From: Catajapyx aquilonaris | Taxonomy: Eukaryota | DNA length: 38,250 nucleotides | Assembly: GCA_000934665.2 (NCBI GenBank) | Contig: KZ538012.1 | Coordinates: 124,001-162,250 of the forward strand | Direction: 5' to 3' | In this document: piece after piece, positions 1 to 10,242 of the stretch | Numbering within the stretch: the stretch's first letter is position 1 | Layout: every line of letters starts with the position of its first letter | Notes under the pieces: model-generated | The model's input: the letters and a program-made list of their open reading frames with translations, nothing else | The model's database searches: none | Told to the model about the DNA's origin: nothing | Made by a program: the position numbers and the translations under genes

Positions 1-242
1 GGTCCTGGGTTCGATTCCCGACCGTGGTTTTCTGTGGTTTCCCCTGGTCCCCCCAGGATAATTCCGGGGTCGCTTCCGTATAATAGGCGCTTCCTTCTTC
101 CCTATCCTTGGCCCCATCCATATGTGAAAGTTTCAGAAAAAATTGAATGGAAAAATGGTGGTATTCCACCCCCCCCCCCCCTAATGGAGCGCCGATTCTC
201 CCAATGGGGTAAAATTAAATAAATAAATAAAATAAAATAAAT
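1..242 (+). mobile_element. tRNA-derived SINE, 5' end cut by window edge
   Basis: Pol III B-box GGTTCGATTCC at 8-18; body GACCGTGGTTTTCTGTGGTTTCCC... closely matches the minus-strand copy at 3513-3795; (TAAA)n A-rich tail to ~242. Confidence 0.8.
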
Positions 243-535
243 CCAGTTGATTGAAGAGGATAATGAGAGACTTGAAATTCTTGATATTGATTTTCTAACA
301 TGTGGACGAAATTCTCAGAACGGACCACAAGCATAGGACTGTTCCTTCGTTATTTCTTGGTATCACAAGAAGTCAATAGCAAATTCGTAAAATTGTTTCA
401 CATCAAACCAAAATAATTGTTTTATGAATTTATGAAATATTTTATTTCCCGACATGATAACAAAAATGATTGGTCAGGGTATTGTGACTAGATGAGTTAT
501 GATTCTTATTTGCCAAATATTGCACGTGACGAGTT

Positions 536-2695
536 TCATTTGAGCTTGAGCGGTGATAGAAGATCAAGCACTTGCCGACCTCCAAGAGGACAGTTAGGGT
601 AAAAATTGTGACATCCTGTCCCTTCGACCCCTGCAACCAGCTGACCCATGTGAGCAGCAAAATGATATCTCGAGGTCACTTCCGCCACTGTTCCAATGCT
701 GGTATCCCTATACAGGAAGAAAAATCGAAGGCCAAATTAGACCAGAGATGGCGCACAGGAGCACGTGAGAAAAGATGTCGGAGGTCACATGCCACAAAAG
801 AAAGTGGAGGGACACCCAGTTGGGGCGTTTCCCGTTACAATTTTCTTTCATGGTCTCACCAACTGTTTACCTGAGAAGCTTGAGGAGACTCTTTTCAGCG
901 TTGCTCAGGCTAGACGATGTGACTGCGTGTAACTCACAGATTAGCTTCGGCAGACACGATGTCTTCAGGATCTGCATCACATGGGCGCGAAACTCGTTTC
1001 CTGGTGGGAAAAAAATATATATATCCGGAAGCTATGAGGAAGCATCCTGTTATTGCTAGCATTCATTATTAATGCAACGCTGGCAACTGCTTGAATGGGA
1101 AAGTGGCACAGGCGTGTGCGTCATTAACCTACATATCTCTTTCTCGAGTGAAAGTCGGTTCTGCACTCTGACACAACGATTTACGAGACTGTACAAGTAG
1201 CGATGACCGATACGATCAGCTGTATTGTTCACTCTAGTAAATTCTCCCATAAATATTCTTCGATCGAGCCATTTTTATTAGATGTTGAAACAGCAATGTC
1301 TCATCAACTATTTGTTTTCTTGATGAATATAATGCAATGCCCTTGGATATATTGTTTCGTTTTAATTTTTTTTCAAATGTCGCATTGTAGTGTACGTGCC
1401 TGGTATTACAGTACAAGGAACTTTGCAATCGCATTGTGAATTGTCTCGTCGTTAGGGTCAGCTGCATCCTCACTTTCGGATTCCCAGATGGTCATTAAGT
1501 TATCGAAAACAATCGTTTTACGAGTCATATCGAGGATATGTTACACCAAGGACAAGAGTCCCAGGAAAATTCACTGATACGATGGTGACAAGGACATGTG
1601 TTTGACTTGAGGGTTATTATAGTCTAAGAATACGGTATACTGTTGAAAAGTAGTGGTTCTTCCACTTTTTCCTCCCTATTGATGTCGCAAAAAAAATGTG
1701 GAAGAACAGCTTCCTGTCAATGACATAACAAGTTCATTGTAACTATCAGCATCATCTCACGTCGCCCATATTCCACCCCGTCATTATGCAAATATGCGAA
1801 ACATTTTGTCCCCAACTGATAGCAAATTTTCAGGATGTTGCCATTTTTATAAGCCTGAGATATTTTTTTTTACATACGAGGTATCAGTGCTGTGAGGTAA
1901 GGGGAATACATTTGTACAGTATAAAGAAGTGTGAAAAATATACTGCATTATTTAATTAACCTCTTTAGTGACTAGATCCTGCAGAAAATATTACTTTCTA
2001 CGGTATTATTCTCATCGGAGCGAGCAGCTGAGTGGGAAAAAGAAAGATGTTTTGATGTGACCTACATTATGGTACATTGTCGTGCTGCAAGTAGCATCGA
2101 GAATCCGCTTTTAATATCCTCAGGGATAAAAATTATCCATTTTCTCGTCATTTTTTTCGTATGAAGCCTCAGGCATAATTATAATTAATTACCCATACAA
2201 CATAGCTATTCTGCCTCGTCATTGAATATTGCACTTGAGTGGAAATCGTTGGCTAATATGTTGGCAAATATTTACTCGCGATAATAAATAATAGTCCTTC
2301 CCTAGAGTCTATGAGAAAATTACTTTCTACCGATAACCAATGCCCTTGGATTGGGGAATGCCACTTTCCAGCCCGAACAGGTGATAACGCCTATCATTGA
2401 CGAATGTGTCCTACTCACTTAATGGCATGACCTGCTGAGAAACGTCTGCTACAGTCTGACGACGATTCTGAACTTCAGACGACATCGTTTTCTGATGTGA
2501 TTCTTGCTCCTTCTGCTGCTGCGTCTCGATCCCCAGGATAGTAGATGCAATCGAGGAAGGTCCATGTGCCAGCCACCGATTCCTCTTAAGTCCTTCAAGC
2601 ACTGCATCCATCTGCTGAAAAATGTATGTCCAATCCAAAGATAGCACAACTGCCATGGCAATGATGACCACTAGCCTCCTGGGGTTGGGCTGCAT
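536..2695 (-). CDS. Secreted DM4/DM12-like 4-Cys domain protein, paralog A (~192 aa); exons 2695-2419, 1000-871, 707-536
   Basis: Exon 1 MQPNPRRLVVIIAMAVVLSL... (signal-peptide-like) ends A|GTGAGT (phase 1). Exon 2 follows TTTTTTCCCACCAG, reads NEFRAHVMQILKTSCLPKLICELHAVTSSSLSNAEKSLLKLL, ends AG|GTAAAC (phase 2). Exon 3 reads DTSIGTVAEVTSRYHFAAHMGQLVAGVEGTGCHNFYPNCPLGGRQVLDLLSPLKLK*. 277+130+172=579 nt, in frame. Minus-strand AATAAA at 441-446. Confidence 0.85.
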
Positions 2696-3373
2696 TATGA
2701 CAGCCACAACAGCTGTTTGCGTGCTGCGCGCTGAGAATGAACTCACTAACACTTTGCAATCACGGGTGCTACACTGTCATGGTAATATGACGCTAGGGAC
2801 CGACTTACGGACCGACAGCTGTCCAACCGTTCCACTGCAGCTATCTATTGTTTCCAGCTTCTCTCTTTCCTTGCGCTTGAGAGAAAGTGAAAGGATCGTA
2901 GGCTTGCTTGACTCCCAAGGCCCACTTAACCCAACGCTTAAGGCGCTCTTTTACTACTGTGGCGCTGCTGATGCATCACGCCAGATTCAAATTGTTGCTG
3001 CACATCTACAGGTGAACCTTACGACATATTGTAATGCTGCAATTTTTTAATAAAGCACTTTTTTACAGAATGTTGCTGAATCCTATGAGTTAGCAATGAG
3101 GCCTACAATTTTCAAATGGCGATCAAGGTGAACTGATGACCTGGAAAGCAGAGTTTACTGTAGTGTACTGCACTGTTGGTATTGTACCAAATGCATGATA
3201 CTATCCTCTGAGAACACTGTCAAAGGAATATATTCTCTGCAGGTAATGGGGACAATTTTATGATAGGTGTAGCGGACACTTGGTTCGTTATTGGTTTAGG
3301 TGTCTCAATGGTATTTGAATAAGCCATCATTGCATCTCATTTCCTTCACCGCTTCTCATTTCCTTCTCTATCC

Positions 3374-3498
3374 CAGTGGTTCCCAAAGTGTACGGTACAG
3401 CCCCCTGGTGGGCTGTGGAATAACCTAAGCGGGGCAATAAGTAACCAGGGGTCGGCTATTAATTTAAATGGCCATTAACTGCAACAATATTAGTTGCC
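3374..3498. mobile_element. hAT (Charlie-like) MITE left-end remnant, interrupted by the adjacent SINE
   Basis: Begins CAGTGGTTCCCAAAGTG, a typical hAT-Charlie terminus; no matching right TIR found. Confidence 0.45.
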
Positions 3499-3512
3499 AA
3501 AATCTTAGTTAT

Positions 3513-3795
3513 AATAATAATTCATACCCCGTTATCAGCCATCGGCTCTTTAGGGGGGAAGTTTGTTTTGCCTGGAACTCTTTGCTTTTCATTTTACTGT
3601 GCTCTTTGGGATAGGATAGGAACTGAAGGAAGCGGCTGTGGCCTATTAATTACGGAAGCAACTCCGGAATTTTCCTGGAAGGACCGTGGGAAACCACAGA
3701 AAACCACGGTCAGAGTTGCCGGCCCCGGGATTTGATCCCAGGACCTCCCGATTAGCAGTCGGACACCATATCCCCTCCTCCAAACTGCTTCGGTT
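3513..3795 (-). mobile_element. Full-length tRNA-derived SINE with 14-bp TSD
   Basis: Perfect direct repeat AAAATCTTAGTTAT at 3499-3512 and 3796-3809; minus strand shows tRNA-like head with B-box-like GGATCAAATCC, body shared with the copy at 1-242, and (ATT)n tail. Confidence 0.9.
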
Positions 3796-4408
3796 AAAAT
3801 CTTAGTTATCGTCTGAACAAACACTGGGGGAGTCCATGACAGTTCACCCAAATAAAATTTAAAATATCACCCTACATTTTTTTGTCAGAAATGAAAATCG
3901 GCATCCTGATTTGAATCCGCAACAGTAGCCTAAATGTCGTATTTTCAGCTCCCGGAGGTCAATAGGTCACGCGTAAAGGTACGGTCAATAATGGACACGG
4001 CTCGAAACTTGCTATTGAGATTCTGCTATTATCTTTGTAACTATTTGTGTTATGGTTGAGGCCGATACATCAAAATACTCGTAACAGTTTGGGGAACTTG
4101 ATCCATGCCATCAAAGTACAGAATTAGCTCAAAAAGAACAAATAATGTCAAGGTCAAATCTTGTGACCTTTGACATTTCTCCTGCGGTGGATACGTATTT
4201 TTTTTGAAAAATGTACACTTGTGCACCAACTCATCATATAGCTTGGGGTGAAAATTAAAATCGTTAAGAAAATTTTGTTTTCCAGAAAAAAAACAAATTT
4301 TCCCGGCAGGCGCATGAGGATGTCACTTATGGCACAATTCCGAAGAAAAGTTTGTTTTCAATAAGTCTAATTTGCGCATATGACGTCATAGGGTGATGAC
4401 ATACTGTA

Positions 4409-4492
4409 ATTATGTTATTCGTAAAGGTACTTAATTTTAATTTTAATTTTAATAATTTTATTGTGTTGAAGTGCCTTTACGAATAACATAAT
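4409..4492. repeat. Inverted repeat, 24-bp arms, 36-nt AT-rich spacer
   Basis: ATTATGTTATTCGTAAAGGTACTT (4409-4432) pairs with AAGTGCCTTTACGAATAACATAAT (4469-4492), one mismatch. Confidence 0.8.
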
Positions 4493-4689
4493 CCCTCCGA
4501 CACCCAATTGCAAGCTCTATTTTATTATTTGGGTTATATTGCTGATTTGATAAAAAACTGTTAATACTAAGGGGAACTGAATTTGTATACCAGGAAATAC
4601 CAAACCAGCGAGAGAAAGAAAGAGCTCTGTATTTGTATTTGTATCTGTATTATTATTACTATACTATGTAATGATCAGCATAATTTTTC

Positions 4690-4860
4690 TTGTATCCCTG
4701 TTTTTGCCTCTTTTGTTCTCTTTCCAGTCATTTACAGCTAAGATGGTGCCATCAGCTGTCATCAGGATCCTTTTCCTTGTATGCCCAATCCACTACCTCC
4801 TCTTACTGCTTACAAATCTTGCAACTTTTTGGCGTCATGTGCTAATACTTCTTGACACAT
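4690..4860 (-). mobile_element. Decayed 3' fragment of an RTE-like LINE
   Basis: Minus strand reads ...KVARFVSSKRR*WIGHTRK...LAVNDWKENKRG, resembling the RTE C-terminal R-x-x-W-x-G-H...K-R-G-R-P region; contains stops. Confidence 0.45.
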
Positions 4861-5126
4861 GATATGTTGAAGGGAGGAAGATTTACCGCCTGCATTTAGG
4901 CTTCCCCTCTTCGACGTCATGTGCAAAGATTTTCTTGGTGCATGAAGTCGAAGGGGGGAAAACTTGCAGGCTGAAAATCGTAGTTTTAGTAGCGACGAAA
5001 AAAGGCCGGGGTCGTCCTGGCGTCATTTCGGGTGGTCCCGGCCGTCCCTGCATTCGCAAAGTCCGCTGGCGCGGCACCTATCTCGTCATATCCCCTTTTG
5101 GTTTGTCACTTTTAAAAGAGTCAAGT

Positions 5127-5372
5127 GAGGCGCTTAGAACAAAAGTGGCCCAAGTCCATTTTTGCCACTGCCGAGAAATGACCGCCATAACGCTCAGAAG
5201 ACTACTCCAGGTTGGTCCAAAGTTGGTGTAGGTCCTTAATTTGGATATCTGGCCAGTAGATGGAGTAATCATATTTATGCTCCAAGGAGAATTCCCACCG
5301 CCATGGGGCATTTCAGGTCAATTTTTGTAGTATTATTTTTTGGACTTGGGCCACTTTTGTTCTAAGCGCCTC
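5127..5372. mobile_element. MITE with 32-bp perfect TIRs and 4-bp TSD (Sola2-like), 246 bp
   Basis: GAGGCGCTTAGAACAAAAGTGGCCCAAGTCCA (5127-5158) and exact reverse complement (5341-5372); AAGT duplicated at 5123-5126 and 5373-5376; GAG...CTC termini. Confidence 0.9.
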
Positions 5373-5408
5373 AAGTGATAGTCTCTTTTTCGTTCACTCC
5401 AGTGTCTT

Positions 5409-7470
5409 TTATCCCTCCCCTCTCTGCCGGCAGCAACCGGCTGGACCGGCAGAAATTTCTTCTATTGGGACATCATCTCCCGCTTCCTCCATGGCCTCCA
5501 GCTGCAGGCCGTCAACTGTGACAGAGCAGGCCGAATCCCCCGGGTCGTCTTCAGCCACAGCCAGGCCCTCGATGTTCAACTCCTGCCCAACCTGCCCGGA
5601 AAGATATTTTTAGTGTTTAAAATAGGCTCTGGTCAATGTTGAAAAAAATTGGTAATTAAATAAATGGATTACCTCCATATAGTACTGCTTCAGACTTAAT
5701 CCCGATTTTTCAGGACTGTCGACGAGGGGCTCCAGCTGGTTGACAATAATGATGTCATGGAGGTGCCCCTTGGCTTTCATGTGCGCGTAGATCAGGGGCT
5801 TCCTCATGTAGCCCTTCCCGCACACCTTGCACTCGTAGAGCTTCTTGTCCGAGTGGGTGAACCGATGGGTGTTGCGGTTCCCACGGTATTTAAACGCCTT
5901 CCCGCAGATCTCGCACTTGTGCGGCTTCTCCCCCGTGTGGATCTTGAGGTGTTTCTTATACTTGTCTGAGCAGATGAAGGCGGTTTTGCACTGCTCGCAC
6001 TTGTAGGGACGCTCCCCAGTGTGGACTCGGTTGTTGTGGCTGACAAGAAGTTGGCGCCTCATGAAACCAACGTTGCAAGGAATACATCTGTACCTGCGGT
6101 CATTGTCGTGCTTGGCACGCTGGTGCGATCGCAGGTGGGTTCGCTGCGAGAAACGTACACCGCACACCTCACATTGGAACGGACGCTCGCCCGTGTGCGT
6201 CCGCAGATGAACGACGTAATGTTGCTTGAGGATAAAAGTCCTTCCGCATGACTCGCATCGGAAAGGACGCTCGCCCGTGTGCGTCCGCAAATGGACGACA
6301 TAATTCTCCCTGCGGGTAAAAGTCTTTCCGCATGAATCACATCGGAACGGACGCCTGTCAATGGTGTGTACCGACATCCGGTGAATTGCCAGGGAGGATG
6401 CCGAGGAGAAACCTCGCCCGCACTGCTGGCACACCGTATAATCCGGCTCCGACGCATGTGCCTTCTGATGGTGACTCGGGAGATGATCATTCGAAAATGC
6501 CTTTCCGCCGTGAGCAGGCGTAACCTCCTCTTGGTGAACCTTCATATGAGCATTCAAGCACCCGTCCTTACGACACCAGTGTCTCTTCGTGTGGTCTTGA
6601 TAGTTGCTTAAGTCCTGCAATAAGCAAATTAGTACAAGTAGTCATTATATATTTCATAAAAGTTACATTACAGACCTGGAAGCTCCGTTCGCAGGGGAAG
6701 CATATGAATCGATCTTCCTTGTCCTCATGTTCCCTGAGGTGCGACTGGAGAGATGACCCTTGGTCGAACTCGGCCAGGCAGACTTCACATGCATACAGGA
6801 CATCGCCGTGAACCGTACTCATGTGGTCGGACAGCCACTTGGACCACACGAAGGAGCGCGGACAATTTGGGCACTTCATCCTACCATTTCCTTCAAGCGG
6901 AGGGTCGGCACCACTCATCGAAGCATCCTTTTCGTCATTATCGAAATCAAAGTCTCCGTCCCCCGAATGTCCATCCATGCAACCTTCACACGCACCGGTC
7001 TCAACCTCAGGCTGGTTCTGCGCTTGTCTGCACACATTTCCTTTGACCACCCTTTCCTCAACATCTTCACCCGCATCCGGCTGTCGGTTCTCCAACTTCT
7101 CCCAGAACTCAACCTTTTCTTTGTACATCCTGCGAATGTCGTCCTTCATAGCCTCCAGGCTGATCTCCACCTTGTCCACGTCGTTCAGCAACTCAAAACA
7201 TTTCTTGCACACCATGTGCGACCGTACCGCTTTCTCACCCAGCGGAATGCCAAGGAGGTTTCCCAGCCATCCGAGCAACGGCTTGTGGGACGCATTGGTC
7301 GTATGATTACTGTCTCGGAGTATGTTGCAGCATACTTGCATTGAGGCCGGGATCTTGGTTGAGCATATCAAGCAGTTCCTGGGCTTCGGTGATCCGGAAG
7401 GTACTGGGACAAGGGTCGGGTAAGGCGGTGGGACAGTGTCCGCAATGGAAGTACTTGGGATGCATTCCAT
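5409..7470 (-). CDS. ZAD (zf-AD) + C2H2 zinc-finger transcription factor (~639 aa); coding exons 7470-6676, 6614-5673, 5591-5409
   Basis: N-terminal CLIC...VCKKC (ZAD), acidic linker, 11 intact C2H2 fingers with TGERPF/TGEKPH linkers. The 61-bp GT-AG intron 6615-6675 joins CFPCERSFQ|DLSNYQDHTKRH into one finger. Intron 5592-5672 leads to an acidic tail ending TAA at 5409-5411 (last exon less certain). 5'UTR intron: donor AG|GTGAGT at 7730, acceptor at 7488. Confidence 0.9.
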
Positions 7471-7520
7471 TATGTCCACTATATGGCCTGAAAATTGTGG
7501 GAATGCTAATAAGTGTTCCA

Positions 7521-7726
7521 ATTATTCGGTTCCTTTCAGATGACCTTGTTTGACCTTTTGACGGCCCAATTTAATGATTATTCAGTTCCTTTTAGATGCC
7601 ATTTTGATCACCCAACCTAATGATTGTTGTCAATTCCTTTTAGATGAACCTTTACCTTTTGATAATGTATTATTCGGTTCCTTTTAGATTGCCTAAATTT
7701 TTGACCTTTTGATGACCCAACCTAAC
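7521..7726. repeat. Degenerate ~50-bp minisatellite, 4 copies, filling the ZNF 5'UTR intron
   Basis: Recurring ATTATTC(G/A)GTTCCTTTTAGATG...CCTTTTGATGACCCAACCTAA units. Confidence 0.75.
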
Positions 7727-7960
7727 TCACCTAAGCCTGACGGAACGTTCCTCAGAGCCTTCACACGCCGGAACAACCAAACATCTCTACGGAAACGGAT
7801 CGACAACAATCAATTGGCAGGACAACCAGAGGACAACACTGATGAAAAGAATTGTTGATGTTCGAACAAATTTTGAACGTGCCGAGGTGAGTCTACCAGA
7901 TGAAGACTCGCTCTTTGGTTCCGCTACTGCTCGTCGCTCTGGCCAATCATATTGCGAGGT

Positions 7961-8078
7961 TTGGACCAAAGATGGCGGCCATCATTGGACTAAAGATGGT
8001 GGCCATCATTGGACTAAAGATGGTGGCCATCATTGGACTAAAGATGGTGGCCATCATTGGACTAAAGATGGCGGCGCA
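7961..8078. repeat. 24-bp tandem repeat, ~4.9 copies, carrying YY1/Pho-type and CCAAT motifs
   Basis: Unit TTGGACTAAAGATGG(C/T)GGCCATCA starting at 7961, 7985, 8009, 8033, 8057; outer units contain AAGATGGCGGC; junctions form ATTGG (reverse CCAAT). Confidence 0.95.
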
Positions 8079-8279
8079 TTATAGACTGGGCCTAACCCTT
8101 ATTATAGCGATAATACGCCGGGCTTTTTAAACAACACTAGAAAAACCCTCGCTCCACTCGCATTTTCCTAGAGCGCAGGTCTAAAAAACCACTCGCTTCG
8201 CTCACTCTGTTCTAGTCCTGCGGCCATAGACTTGGGTCTACATAGCTGATTACCCTCTTTTTAGTGGAAAGTCCATAAG

Positions 8280-8706
8280 TTATGCCTTTTTAACTATCAA
8301 TGGTGCCAACGTTTTCCCGTTGGCCTATGGCTTCATAACTGAGTTATTTATGAGCATTTAATGGTAATTAATACAGAAGCAAAACCCAGGTATCTTGTCT
8401 ATTTGAGGTGGAAAAAATTTGGTGACTTGAAGATCAGTCTAGGGTCTATTTAGGTACTACGGACGGCACTATAAAATTAATGCAGTTAAATCAAGTTAAA
8501 ATTACGCACATGTTGTTAGATTTCACGCCAAACATAGTGTCTTTTCTGACCGTGAAGTTACCGAATTTTTTCCAGAGCAAATAGACGAAATAACTGGGTT
8601 TCGCTTATTGTCCTAATTACAATTAAACTATCAAAATTAACTCGATTATAAAGCCGTAAGCCGACGCGAAAATGCTGTCGGAACCATCGATGGCTTTAAG
8701 GCATTA
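8280..8706. mobile_element. Old foldback/MITE with ~160-bp diverged inverted arms
   Basis: ~8280-8440 aligns by eye with the reverse complement of ~8545-8706 (e.g. AAGCAAAACCCAGGTATCTTGTCTATTTG vs AAGCGAAACCCAGTTATTTCGTCTATTTG). Confidence 0.75.
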
Positions 8707-8957
8707 AAAAAATTTAAGTCACTTCTGTAAAAATTCATAAATATCCATCTTCGCTCAAGGTCATCAAAAATATATTGACACTTTTCTCGTTTTCTTCTCC
8801 GATAAAAAGTAGCGAATTAGAGCGATTTTGTCGCCAATCTCATATACAATATCGTTTATGTCACAGTCATATGTAAACAATATCTCTAATGACCATATGG
8901 ATGAAAATTTTTGAATTATCCATTGAGATATCCACGGTCATACACAGGGACCAATGA

Positions 8958-9258
8958 AGGTTGAGAATCCTTTATCCAAAATCCCAAAAACTAAAGACTT
9001 CCAAAATCCGAAATATTTTTTAGTGCTGACATGACGCGCCACAAATTGAATACCAGAATACGGTATTCCATGTAACATGACTAGCATCATTACCTGTATC
9101 TGTACATATACAAAATTTTGAAAAATTTACATAAAACTACCTCCAGTGTTCAGGCATTTTAAAAATCATATCCCAAAGCTGTCTCATTTTACGAATGCAA
9201 TGTAGGCCTACAAATATTAATATTCCAAAATCAGAAGAAATCTTAAATCTGAAGTACT
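8958..9258. mobile_element. pogo/Tigger-type non-autonomous element remnant (Tigger4/MER46-like)
   Basis: AGGTTGAGAATCCTTTATCC terminus, repeated CCAAAATCCGAAA subterminal motifs, GCTGACATGACGC; resemblance is to the Tigger4/MER46 consensus as recalled, not searched. Confidence 0.65.
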
Positions 9259-10242
9259 AGCAGGTACCGTAGGCCTATAGCGTAGCCTACTGCATGTAAA
9301 TATGAGCACATGAACATAATGGATTTAGTTGTACGTACAACTGTACATTGTACAAGTAGATGCCAGACACTGCATAGCTTCTTGATATTATTTATGGGTT
9401 AGTCACTATTACCTCAGCTGTTGTTATTTTCTCTGAGAGATATGTAAAAATTATTATGCTGGAGAGGATACCCCTATCAAGCAAAAGTTAAGACATTTAT
9501 TATAAAAAACATTATTAAATCATCGTCTCCAAATTGGAAGTAATGCTGCACATGTTGCAATGGTAAGATTTTGATAAGGGGCAGATCAATCTCAGTGACA
9601 CTGAAATTGGCATTTCCCCTCGTCCGGAGCCTTACCGGTCAGTCCTTCAGTCAAACAATCACGTGCAATTTTATTAGCTTTTTAGATGCGAAAATGTATT
9701 GGCAAATTTGTAATAATTGAAACTATAATGAGATTATATCCGCAACAGACTACGTAGGCTAAATGGGTTTTCTTTACTTGAACATGAAACATATAAATGT
9801 CTCATCTGATAACTGGAGAAGCCAACTGTAGGCCTACACATTTGTGAAAATTTTGTCTGGATCGTCCCCTGTAGAACTGGACAAAAATGAACTAAAGTAC
9901 TGTATATTCTAGAGCCTCATTTACCAATGTTTCTGGAATTGTCTGTTCTACAGCTGGTTTGTGGGTTGTTGTTGTTGTTTTTTTTTTTTCGACTGGAAGC
10001 TCCACCAGCAGCAAACGGTGAAATCCTGATGTGCCACTGCCAGGTGAAAAATTATCTGAAAGCATACTCAGCAGTCATAATATATTGGTCTAACCTTGTT
10101 AAGTGAACTAATATCATCTGTAGCGGACACCTGCCATCCCCTTGGATTTGGTTACATAATAATCATAACCTGAGCCATACATTAACAGCCGGATGATGGA
10201 GTCATTTTCTCCGATAGCCAAGAAGACCACAACTGTCAGTTT

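Noticed and set aside
2411..2752. Harbinger transposase N-terminus
   Set aside because: Better explained as exon 1 of paralog A (signal peptide, consensus donor, phase match).
5757..7344. Multiple antisense and alternate-frame ORFs over the ZNF gene
   Set aside because: Shadow ORFs of GC-rich coding sequence with no recognisable motifs.
7842..8130. ORFs with WTKDGGHH / GLKMVAII repeats; CRISPR-like appearance
   Set aside because: By-product of a 24-bp head-to-tail repeat; no unique spacers, no cas genes, eukaryotic context.
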